In this document: positions 1 through 8,220 of the stretch, piece by piece
Numbering within the stretch: the first letter of the stretch is position 1
Layout of the letters: each line of letters begins with the position of its first letter
Source of the DNA: Nitrososphaerota archaeon
GTDB taxonomy: Archaea; Thermoproteota; Nitrososphaeria_A; Caldarchaeales; Calditenuaceae
Direction: 5' to 3'
NCBI GenBank assembly: GCA_041641295.1
Contig: JBEPYO010000001.1
Coordinates: 1,152,001-1,216,000, forward strand
Length of the DNA stretch: 64,000 nt
The notes under the pieces: generated by a model
Databases searched by the model: none
Told to the model about the DNA's origin: nothing
Seen by the model: only the letters and a program-made list of their open reading frames with translations
Made by a program: the position numbers and the translations under genes

Positions 1-885
1 CATCGAGATATAGCTGTCTAGCCCCAGCTCCGCTGGGCCCAGAGAATCAGTATAGAGCTTCCCAGCAACTCTACCGTGGAGGCGTGAGGCAAAAGCCTCC
101 ATCACCCGCGGACTCAGGGTTGACTCAACGAAGAAGACGCATAGCCCACTTCCCTCAACCCTCTTCTGTGCTCGCGCAACGTCGAGTGGAGAGGGCTCAA
201 GCTCGGTTATCACCGAGTAAAAATATCCGACAACCTTGAATCCGTAAGCCCTGGCAAAATACTGGAAGGCGTTCTCCTGGGTGAAGAGGAGTCTCTTGGA
301 GGGCTCGATCTTCGCAACCTCCTCTCTAATCCACGCATCAAGCCTCTTCAGCTCCTCAATGTATTTTGCGGCCCGTTCCCTATACCCCTCAGCGCCCGCT
401 GGGTCCACCTCGATGAATGCATCCCTAATCCTCTCCACATACCGTATGGCAAGTCCGACATCCATCCACATGTGGGGGTCTACCCTCCCGGCATAGGGGC
501 CGTCAGGCACTATCAGCGCATACTCCTCAAGCCCCTCAGTCACCCTCACAACCTTAGACCTCGAAGAAGCCGTGATGAGTCTCAGAATCCACGCATCGAT
601 CGTGAAGCCATTGTAGAGTATGAGGTCTGCCTCAGCACCCTTAACCATGTCCCGGGGCGTGGGCTCAAAAGTGTGAGGGTCCCTGCCGGGCATGACCATG
701 TACTCTACCCGCCACCCCGGTCCCGCCACATTCCTAGCCATATCCCAGATTATCGTGGTAGTCGCGAGGGCGACACGCTCACCACCTCTTGTCTCGCCGC
801 CTGCCCCCGCGTAGGGTGGGATAAGTGGGGTCAATATGATTAGAATAGCGGCTAGATACACCAGCATGTAGCTGCCTTTAGTCAT
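1..885 (-). CDS. Metal (Zn/Mn/Fe) ABC transporter substrate-binding protein, ZnuA/TroA family; runs off the left edge of the window
   Basis: Not in the ORF track because it is truncated. Manual minus-strand translation from ATG 885 gives MTKGSYMLVYLAAILIIL (membrane anchor), then PGRDPHTFEPTPRD, LYNGF and DPHMWMD, the typical metal-binding His motifs of this family. Confidence 0.88.
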   Translation of the reverse strand, partial: MTKGSYMLVYLAAILIILTPLIPPYAGAGGETRGGERVALATTTIIWDMARNVAGPGWRVEYMVMPGRDPHTFEPTPRDMVKGAEADLILYNGFTIDAWILRLITASSRSKVVRVTEGLEEYALIVPDGPYAGRVDPHMWMDVGLAIRYVERIRDAFIEVDPAGAEGYRERAAKYIEELKRLDAWIREEVAKIEPSKRLLFTQENAFQYFARAYGFKVVGYFYSVITELEPSPLDVARAQKRVEGSGLCVFFVESTLSPRVMEAFASRLHGRVAGKLYTDSLGPAELGLDSYISM

Positions 886-1071
886 TATAATCGCACCCCT
901 CACAAATACGCCGATTCAACTACTGCTAAACACCAGATAGACATAGCCCTTAATTAACCTAGACCAGCTAATAAGTAGCTCCAGTTCAGCCCTTCACGGG
1001 GTTAAACATCTACAAGAATCGTTTATGATAGACCACGTTTAAGAGCTCGATACTCCAGTATAGAGAATCAG

Positions 1072-2127
1072 ATGAGCAAAATATCAGAGGGTCCTGTAAA
1101 GGGGCTTCACCACATAACACTCGTCACAAGCAGTGAGAGGGTTAACAGGCGTTTCTACACAGAGGTGATGGGGCTTAGGCGCGTCAAGCTGTCCGTGAAT
1201 CAGGACGACATCTTCCACAGGCACCTGTTCTATGGCGACGAGAATGGCACTAGCGGCTCGGTGATAACCTTTTTTGAGTGGCCGCACCTCCCAAGCGGAC
1301 AAGTAGGACTCGGCTCCCCCCACCACCTGGCATACGGTGTCAAGAACTTGGAGGCACTTCACAAATGGGCTACGTGGCTCAGGATGAATGGCCTGCGGGT
1401 AAGCGGACCACACAGGGTGGGCGATAGGGCCTCAATATACTTCAGGGACCCTGATGGATTTCTGCTCGAGCTCGCAACAAGTATTGACGGAGACATCGAC
1501 GAAGTGGCCCTAAGGGAGATGTTCTCAGAGGAGGTTGAGGTTGAAGGGATAACACAGGACATGCGCCTCTCCGTGATGGATCACGCATCACCACTAGCCA
1601 CCAACCCAGCCCTACTCGAGCAGTTCCTCTCCAAGACCCTGGGGCTCAAGAGATTAGCCAAGAGGGAGAACCCCCACGACAGCCAAGCCGTGATCCTGGG
1701 ATTCGGCTCCGAAGACCACGACTTCCTCAGATACATTCTGAAGCCATCCATCCGTGTAGGCTTCGTAGGCACAGGCAGCATACACCACATCGCCGTCAAG
1801 GTTGAAAGCGACGAGGATCAGAAGAAGATAATGAAGACCCTCGACTCAATAGGCATTAGACACTCTGGGATAATCGACAGGTTCTGGTTCAAGTCCCTCT
1901 ACTTCAGAGACCCGTTCGGAAACCTCTTAGAAGTTGCCACGGCGGGGCCGGGCTACGCCGTAGACGAGCCACCAGAGGCTCTAGGCACTAGACTAATCCT
2001 TCCCCCTTGGCTCGAGCCCGAGAGGAAGAGGATAGAGGAGGCCCTCAGACTCCTAGATGAGCAGTTCCCAGCAAAGTGGCCGCCAATATATAGACCGGCG
2101 CCCGAGAAGCCTGAGAAGGTGGAGTAA
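1072..2127 (+). CDS. Ring-cleaving dioxygenase, VOC/glyoxalase superfamily (MhqO/MhqA-like)
   Basis: GLHHITL, VNQDD..HLFYGD, GSIHHIA, IDRFWFKSLYFRDPFGNLLEVAT, LILPPWLE motifs; duplicated VOC domains. Confidence 0.88.
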   Translation: MSKISEGPVKGLHHITLVTSSERVNRRFYTEVMGLRRVKLSVNQDDIFHRHLFYGDENGTSGSVITFFEWPHLPSGQVGLGSPHHLAYGVKNLEALHKWATWLRMNGLRVSGPHRVGDRASIYFRDPDGFLLELATSIDGDIDEVALREMFSEEVEVEGITQDMRLSVMDHASPLATNPALLEQFLSKTLGLKRLAKRENPHDSQAVILGFGSEDHDFLRYILKPSIRVGFVGTGSIHHIAVKVESDEDQKKIMKTLDSIGIRHSGIIDRFWFKSLYFRDPFGNLLEVATAGPGYAVDEPPEALGTRLILPPWLEPERKRIEEALRLLDEQFPAKWPPIYRPAPEKPEKVE

Positions 2128-2190
2128 CACAACTCACCCGTGTTATGACTCGAAAGTATTTTATACCTAAATTAGGATTTTTCTAAAAAT

Positions 2191-3397
2191 GTGAAGATTC
2201 TACACGTTCTTCCCTTTTTTTGAGCCGGCAGGAGGACCTGCAACTCATGTCTACTATCTTTCTAGAGGGTTGGCCGGAGAAGGGATAGAGTGCGTGGTCT
2301 GTGCTCGTGAGGTGGAGGGGCTGGTGGATAGTGGTGATATATGCTCTATTACGAGGGTTATAAGGTTGAAGGAGATAAACAAGCTGATTCGATGTGCACC
2401 CCCAATCAAGGAACCGGATACTCGTGAATTTGATGAAATACTAGGCAATCTATCCTACCAATTGAAAAAGATCGTTGAGAAAGAGAAAATCGACATAATC
2501 CACAGCCACGATATTAGGACAAGCCTAGTGTTGGAAAGGGTTAAGGAGGAGGTGGGGACTCCCTTCGTTGCCACCGGGCATAATACCGTAGCACCAGCGA
2601 ACATTCTCTCACAGCTCTATAGGGGAGAGGCAGTCTACAGCTATCTTGCGATGCTCTCATCGTTCCTTAAGCGGGAGAAGTATGACAAACTCATATGCGT
2701 CAGCAATTTTTCCTACGAGATGTACACCCGCTTTGGAGCCCCAAGAAGCAAAACTGTAGTGATATACAATGGCATAGACGTGGAGGAATTTAATCCATAC
2801 ATTGACGGATCTACTGTTAGGTCTAAACTAGGTGTCAGTGCAGAGACGTGCCTGATATTCACTCCAGCGCGGATTGAGTATAGGAAGGGTTTTGACACTA
2901 TTTTCGAGGCACTCCATAGACTTGCAAGCAAGGGCTATGATTTTAAACTCCTAATCTCGCCTCGTCTAGGGAGCTCGTATCATCGTCAAGCTGAGGGCGA
3001 GTTGGTAGGCCTTGCTAAAAGGCTAGGCCTTATGGACTACATAACGTCTGCCACATTTAATCAGAGGTCTATGCCGGAGGCATATGCCGCCTCAGATATT
3101 GTCTGCCTCATGGGTTATGAGAATTTTGGATACGCGGTGGCGGAAGGGATGGCTATGGGGAGGCCGGTAATAGGTGCAAAGTGGTCCGCTCTACCAGAGC
3201 TTATAGAGCATGGTAGCAACGGGTTCCTAGTTGAGCCCGGCGACCCAGACCAGCTAGCCTACTATCTCTCATTACTACTTAGGGATAGGGTGTTGAGGGA
3301 GCGGATGGGTAGCGTCGGGAGAAGGATCGCTCTAGAAAGGTTCAACCTAGCCGACAATATCAGGAGACACGTGGAGCTCTATGAAAGCCTGTTATAG
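2191..3397 (+). pseudogene. Glycosyltransferase family 4 (GT-B) with a +1 frameshift in a T7 run after codon 10
   Basis: GTG 2191 reads MKILHVLPFF then TGA (2221). The +1 frame continues EPAGGPATHVYYLSRGLAGEG into ORF 2270..3397, which has DIIHSH, IYNGID, RIEYRKG and ENFGYAVAEGMAMGRPVI GT4 motifs. Confidence 0.8.
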
Positions 3398-3468
3398 ACC
3401 TTGCGGGGTTGCTGAGCCATCCTTTGGGAGGTTTTTCACCGAGGTGGGGAAAATTTTAAATCTAAAAA

Positions 3469-4773
3469 ATGTGCCGGAGTGTGAAGAGGCTCTTGCCGAA
3501 AAACGGTTATGAACATCCTTCCACCGGTCTACACACGATTAGAATTTTACTCAGAGGAAATTTTCTAGTTATGCTTATTGGGTATTGTATCGCTGTGCCA
3601 CTAATCGGGACAACTATAGCGTATCTCCCGTTATATCTTGATGGGTTAGGAGCCACCCCGCTCGTCATAGGGCTCGCTATCGGTTTCCCAGAGTTTATCG
3701 CCTTGATACTCCGGATACCGGGGGGATACATAGGCGACGCCTACGGAAGGAAGTTTTTAACCGTTCGGATGAACTTCGTGCTGGGCCTCGTAGGAGTACT
3801 TATTGCGTTTGCACCGAGCTGGGAGGTGCTACTTCTTCTACTGGTGGTCAGGGCGATGGCTGGGTTCTATATGCCAGCCGAATATGCCCTGCTGGCTGAC
3901 TCGATACCTGAGAGGCTCAGGTCGAGTGGGTATGGATTATTCTGGACCATTGTCGGGGCCGTCGGTCTAGGCGGGCCTATACTGGGCGGCCTATTGTATG
4001 AGTCCATGGGGCTTAATGGTCTGAGAATAGGCTGGCTGATATTCGGCTCGGCCGACATGATAAAAGCAGTTTACTATCAATTCTTCTTGAGGGAAACGCT
4101 TCCAGGCCAGCCATCCAGGACAAGTGTCTGGCACATAATAGCAACAAGCTACAGGGACGCGGGACCTAGACTAGTCTCAATCCTGAGGAACAGGTCTCTA
4201 TCGGTCGTCATGGCACTTGGCATGCTTGGGATCACCATAAACGCCCTATCATCAACCTACCTCATATTATACTTCACAAGGGTCCTAGGATTCTCAGCAC
4301 TCCTATGGGGGTCAATAATCTCTGCGGCTAGAGGCATCACCCTCTTCTTACAGGCCCCTGTTGGGATACTCTCAGACAGGTTTGGGCGGCGGGCCATATT
4401 GTCTACCTCCATCGCGGCCTCTGGGGTCTCCCTAATACTACTCGGCCTCCCCTCCCTCCCCATAGAGGTTGTATCGCTCCTCACACTCACAATCTTCACC
4501 ACAAGTCTAGTACAAGGAATCCCCAAGCCTATACTTGATGCAGCACTCATAGATTGGACTCCAGAGGCCGAAAGAGCTAGGCTGATAGGCATAATACTGA
4601 CTATCTGGGGAGTTACAGCATTCCCCAGTAACTTGGTCTGGGGCTATGCGTACGGATTCTCACCACCACTAGTCTTTCAAATAGGAGGCATAGTATCTCT
4701 CGGCATACTCCCTCTACTTCTGGCAAGGTTTCAGGAGGCTAGAGTACGCTCATCTACTATGGCTATAGGGTGA
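3469..4773 (+). CDS. Major facilitator superfamily transporter (true start may be further downstream)
   Basis: About 12 hydrophobic segments; MFS motif A in both halves (GYIGDAYGRK, GILSDRFGRR). Confidence 0.9.
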   Translation: MCRSVKRLLPKNGYEHPSTGLHTIRILLRGNFLVMLIGYCIAVPLIGTTIAYLPLYLDGLGATPLVIGLAIGFPEFIALILRIPGGYIGDAYGRKFLTVRMNFVLGLVGVLIAFAPSWEVLLLLLVVRAMAGFYMPAEYALLADSIPERLRSSGYGLFWTIVGAVGLGGPILGGLLYESMGLNGLRIGWLIFGSADMIKAVYYQFFLRETLPGQPSRTSVWHIIATSYRDAGPRLVSILRNRSLSVVMALGMLGITINALSSTYLILYFTRVLGFSALLWGSIISAARGITLFLQAPVGILSDRFGRRAILSTSIAASGVSLILLGLPSLPIEVVSLLTLTIFTTSLVQGIPKPILDAALIDWTPEAERARLIGIILTIWGVTAFPSNLVWGYAYGFSPPLVFQIGGIVSLGILPLLLARFQEARVRSSTMAIG

Positions 4774-4803
4774 TAGCCCCCTAGATATCTGGCACAAACC
4801 AGT

Positions 4804-5205
4804 CTAGCTGACGAGAACCGCGTTTATCTGCACAATATCGTCGCTTATCACATTACCCCTAACAGTGACCCGCTTCCTCAACCCCTTAACAGGCCTCCTA
4901 TTCCTAGGCTTCTTCCTCTTTGATGGTGGTTTTCGCCTAGCGTGGAATCCAATACCCCTAGTAAGGATTACGCGGGCGAGTCTAGCGCCGCTGACATCCG
5001 GCCTCATGGGAATGCCAGCCTTGTCAGAGCCGCCGGTAATCCTTATCTTCCCACTGCCTAGGCCCAGGGCCGAGGCGTCAATCTCGTCGCCAATCCTCTT
5101 CCCCCTCAACACGCTCATCTGTTGGGTCGTCAAGGGAATGGTCTTAGCAGTGCCATCCGCTGGGTTTGAGAGAACCAGCCTTGGTCCTGCAGCCTTCTCC
5201 GACAA
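4804..5205 (-). CDS. rps6e: 30S ribosomal protein S6e
   Basis: GKRIGDEID, RITGGSDKAGIPMRPDV, KRVTVRGNVISDDIVQINA signature. Confidence 0.95.
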   Translation of the reverse strand: MSEKAAGPRLVLSNPADGTAKTIPLTTQQMSVLRGKRIGDEIDASALGLGSGKIRITGGSDKAGIPMRPDVSGARLARVILTRGIGFHARRKPPSKRKKPRNRRPVKGLRKRVTVRGNVISDDIVQINAVLVS

Positions 5206-5332
5206 AGCCTTCCCCTACCCGTTGAAGACCCTACGCTCAATTAATTAATCTGACCCCGTGGACGGGAGAGGTGGCCGAACTCGAACCAGGCCTCCACCAA
5301 GATTTATCCGTAACCCTACGCAGGATTATCCA

Positions 5333-6052
5333 ATGCGGATGGGAAGGACCGAACTCCTCTACCTGAGAGATTCATACCTCTCAGAGTTTGAGGCCGAGGT
5401 CATAGGCTTGGGCGAGGGATACGTCGTCCTTGACAGGACAGCATTCCACCCGCGCGGAGGAGGTCTAGTCTCAGACACCGGCATGCTTGTCAGAGGCTCA
5501 GAGGTCTTCCAAGTGGTTGGAGGCGAGCAGTCTGAGGAAGGTGTGAGACACATGGTGGAGAGGATTGGGCTCGAGGTTGGAGACAAGGTCCGAGGAGTCT
5601 TGGACTGGAATAGGAGATATAGGCTCATGAGGATGCACACTGCCCTCCACGTCCTTGTCGCCGTCGTAAACGCTCGGACAGGAGCCCTCATAACCGGCAA
5701 CCAAGTCGAACCAGACACCTCTAGGGTCGACTTCAGCCTAGAGAAGTTTGACAGGGGCCTGATAGAGGAGTGCGTGGCCGAGGCCAACAAGAGGCTGGCC
5801 GAGGGGCACGAGGTCCGCATAAGATTCGTGGAGCGTGAAGAGGCTCTCAAAACGCCGGGCCTCATAAAGCTAGCAGCCAAGGCGCCGCCAGATGAACCGA
5901 TACTTAGAATCGTTGAGATAGGCGAGATAGACGCGCAGCTGGACGGAGGCCCCCATGTGAAAAACACATCAGAGGTCGGCGAAATAGTGATGAAGAAGAT
6001 CGAGAACAAGGGTAAATCCAACAGAAGGCTATACTTCACCCTCAACCCCTAA
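5333..6052 (+). CDS. alaXM: Alanyl-tRNA editing protein AlaX-M (start at ATG 5333 or 5339)
   Basis: TELLYLRDSY, DRTAFHPRGGG, RMHTALH (HxxxH), DGGPHV, KIENKGK; the upstream GTG 5258 extension looks non-coding. Confidence 0.9.
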   Translation: MRMGRTELLYLRDSYLSEFEAEVIGLGEGYVVLDRTAFHPRGGGLVSDTGMLVRGSEVFQVVGGEQSEEGVRHMVERIGLEVGDKVRGVLDWNRRYRLMRMHTALHVLVAVVNARTGALITGNQVEPDTSRVDFSLEKFDRGLIEECVAEANKRLAEGHEVRIRFVEREEALKTPGLIKLAAKAPPDEPILRIVEIGEIDAQLDGGPHVKNTSEVGEIVMKKIENKGKSNRRLYFTLNP

Positions 6053-6126
6053 AGAAGACCCCCCTCGTCGAAAGACCTGATAATACTGCAGGAAGACTTA
6101 ATGCCCAACACCACAAGAGAAATCCC

Positions 6127-7194
6127 GTGAATCTCGAGTCCTTTCTAAGGCTCAACATGGGCCTCGGAACCCTACCAATAATAACTGATGCGGAGACCCG
6201 CTCAATATCGCCAGAAAACCCGACTGGTGAGAAGGGAGGAGGTGCGAGAGCAGAGCCAACCCCTGAGAGTCCGGCATCGCTCCTCGGTAAAGGGTGGAAG
6301 GTTAGACCATGCATAACATTAGAAGCGGGGAAGGAGACGACTATTGCTGAGATAGAGGGATGCGGACTGATTCAGCACATCTGGATGACTGTCAGCGAGC
6401 CTGCCTATAGATCCTGCATCCTCAGGATGTACTGGGACGGCGAGTCTGAACCCTCGGTTGAAGTGCCGCTTGGAGACTTCTTCTGCTGTGGTCACGGCCT
6501 CAGATACGAGGTCAACTCCCTACCAATAGTCGTTAACCCTGTAGGCGGCTTCAACTCCTACTTCCCAATGCCGTTTAAAAGAAGAGCCCTCATAGCAATC
6601 GAGAACCAGCTAGAGAGCGATATACCGGGCCTCTACTACCAAGTAACATATACGCTCTTCCCAGAGCTTCCCGATTCCATAGGATACTTCCACGCCCAGT
6701 GGAGGAGGTCGATGACTACGAGGGAGCGCCCTGAGCACGTCATCCTAGACGGTGTGAGGGGCAGGGGCCACTATGTAGGAACATTCCTAGCATGGACACA
6801 GCTCTCCAACGGCTGGTGGGGCGAGGGTGAGATCAAATTCTACATCGACGGCGATACCGAGTATCCGACAATCTGCGGCACCGGGACCGAGGACTACGTA
6901 GGAGGAGCATGGGGCTTCGGCGGCAAAACATACTCAACACCATTCCTCGGATACCCATTCAGAAGAGCTGAACCGGGCGAGGTTCCCCGACACAGCCTCT
7001 ACAGGTTCCACATCCTAGACCCCATAAGATTCAAACAAGACATCAAGGTCACAATACAGGCCCTCGGCTGGTGGCCCAACCACAAATTCCAACCACTAAC
7101 CGACGACATAGCCTCGACAGCATATTGGTACCAGACAGAACCACATGCCAAATTCCCAGAAATACCACCACTCCAACAGAGATGGCCAAGATAG
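6127..7194 (+). CDS. DUF2961 / glycoside hydrolase family 172 protein
   Basis: TRSISPENPTGEKGGG, IQHIWMT, PSVEVPLGDFF, WWGEGEIKFYIDGD, GTGTEDY, YRFHILDPIRF, DDIASTAYWYQ. Confidence 0.9.
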   Translation: MNLESFLRLNMGLGTLPIITDAETRSISPENPTGEKGGGARAEPTPESPASLLGKGWKVRPCITLEAGKETTIAEIEGCGLIQHIWMTVSEPAYRSCILRMYWDGESEPSVEVPLGDFFCCGHGLRYEVNSLPIVVNPVGGFNSYFPMPFKRRALIAIENQLESDIPGLYYQVTYTLFPELPDSIGYFHAQWRRSMTTRERPEHVILDGVRGRGHYVGTFLAWTQLSNGWWGEGEIKFYIDGDTEYPTICGTGTEDYVGGAWGFGGKTYSTPFLGYPFRRAEPGEVPRHSLYRFHILDPIRFKQDIKVTIQALGWWPNHKFQPLTDDIASTAYWYQTEPHAKFPEIPPLQQRWPR

Positions 7195-7237
7195 AATCAG
7201 AAGCCAACATCAAAGAATACTAAAAGCATCCTAAAGC

Positions 7238-7600
7238 CTACTTGCTCCTCCGGCCGACAGGGTACAGTTTCACATTCTTAACCCAGACCCGGGCCCCGTG
7301 GGGATGCCTGTACCGCCGAGGCCTTGAAAACCTCCTAACAACCTCTACCACCCAAGCATACCTGTAGCGGGTCCGACCTGCGAGGTGAAGACTCCTATAC
7401 CTACTCAACTCGCGACTAGTAAGCGGCCCCACACAGTCAACAATCTTTATCACACCAAGCACAAAACCATCAGACAGCAGATACACCCTCCTCCCCACCT
7501 TCCCCGCAGGCGGAGGCCTACTCCTCATCTCCCACTTCTTCCTCCCCTCAATGATCCACCTCGCATAAGGCTGCTTAACAATCAACCCATCCATAACCAT
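7238..7600 (-). CDS. ASCH domain protein (PUA-like, RNA-binding/N4-acetylcytidine hydrolase superfamily); start ATG 7600 or 7594
   Basis: LIVKQPYARWIIEGRKKWEMRS matches the ASCH QPxA...GxKxxExR motif; YAWV and HPHGARVWV at the C-terminus. Confidence 0.85.
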   Translation of the reverse strand: MVMDGLIVKQPYARWIIEGRKKWEMRSRPPPAGKVGRRVYLLSDGFVLGVIKIVDCVGPLTSRELSRYRSLHLAGRTRYRYAWVVEVVRRFSRPRRYRHPHGARVWVKNVKLYPVGRRSK

Positions 7601-7807
7601 CCAAACCCTAAAAACAGAAACTAATAACCATCTCCACACCCAGCAAAGAATACTGCAAAGCCCCACAGCTCGGCCCACAACCTCTGACTTAACACCCAAT
7701 AACTCCATCTAAGCCGTAACCTCTATATGCTTGGACATCGACTTCTGAGCCGAAGACTCCCTCCCACCAACCCCACACATAGCAATGGGCGAGATAGGGA
7801 GGCGGAA

Positions 7808-7894
7808 GCGGCGGTGCCCTAGCCCGGTAGGGGGGTGGCCTGCTAAGCCACTGGGCTGATGAAGCCCGCGCGGGTTCAAATCCCGCCCGCCGCG
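7808..7894 (+). tRNA. tRNA-Ser(GCT), long variable arm, no encoded CCA
   Basis: Acceptor GCGGCGG/CCGCCGC, anticodon arm GTGGC-CTGCTAA-GCCAC, variable arm GGGCT..AGCCC, T arm GCGGG-TTCAAAT-CCCGC, discriminator G. Confidence 0.96.
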
Positions 7895-7973
7895 AATGAT
7901 TTTGAAATTGCGAGTCTTCTTTAGATGTCCCCTTATTTTCAACTTCAGTTGAAACTTTTGATTAAGTGTCATG

Positions 7974-8088
7974 CGCCGGGGGTGGGATTCGAACCCACGC
8001 GCCCCGTCGAGGGGCAGCGGCTGTCGCGTCAGGCCAGTATGTGTTGGTGATCTCGAGGCCGCCCCAATGGCCGCTATGGGACCCCGGC
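7974..8088 (-). tRNA. tRNA-Ser(CGA) with a 29-nt canonical 37/38 intron (8023..8051)
   Basis: Acceptor GCCGGGG/CCCCGGC; after splicing the anticodon arm is GCGGC-CTCGAGA-GCCGC; BHB-like junction with AGA and ACA bulges; variable arm GCCCC/GGGGC; T arm GTGGG-TTCGAAT-CCCAC. Confidence 0.93.
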
Positions 8089-8220
8089 CCGCAGATCATA
8101 GTGTGCAGCCAGACTTTTTTACCTATCTACTGCAATAGAGGCTCTCTTAGCTGCTCTTCTCTGCGCGGCATACAGGGGGTTTAAACGCTTATTAAACATC
8201 TGGTAGGCGCTAGTAGTGCT

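Noticed and set aside
945-975. Possible DtxR/MntR operator upstream of the metal-binding protein
   Set aside because: TTAACCTAGACCAGCTAA is only weakly palindromic; not enough to call.
5254-5308. GC-rich hairpins and an ACTCGAACC word shared with tRNA-Arg (possible att site or tRNA remnant)
   Set aside because: Only a 9-bp match, no cloverleaf and no integrase in the window; compatible with chance.
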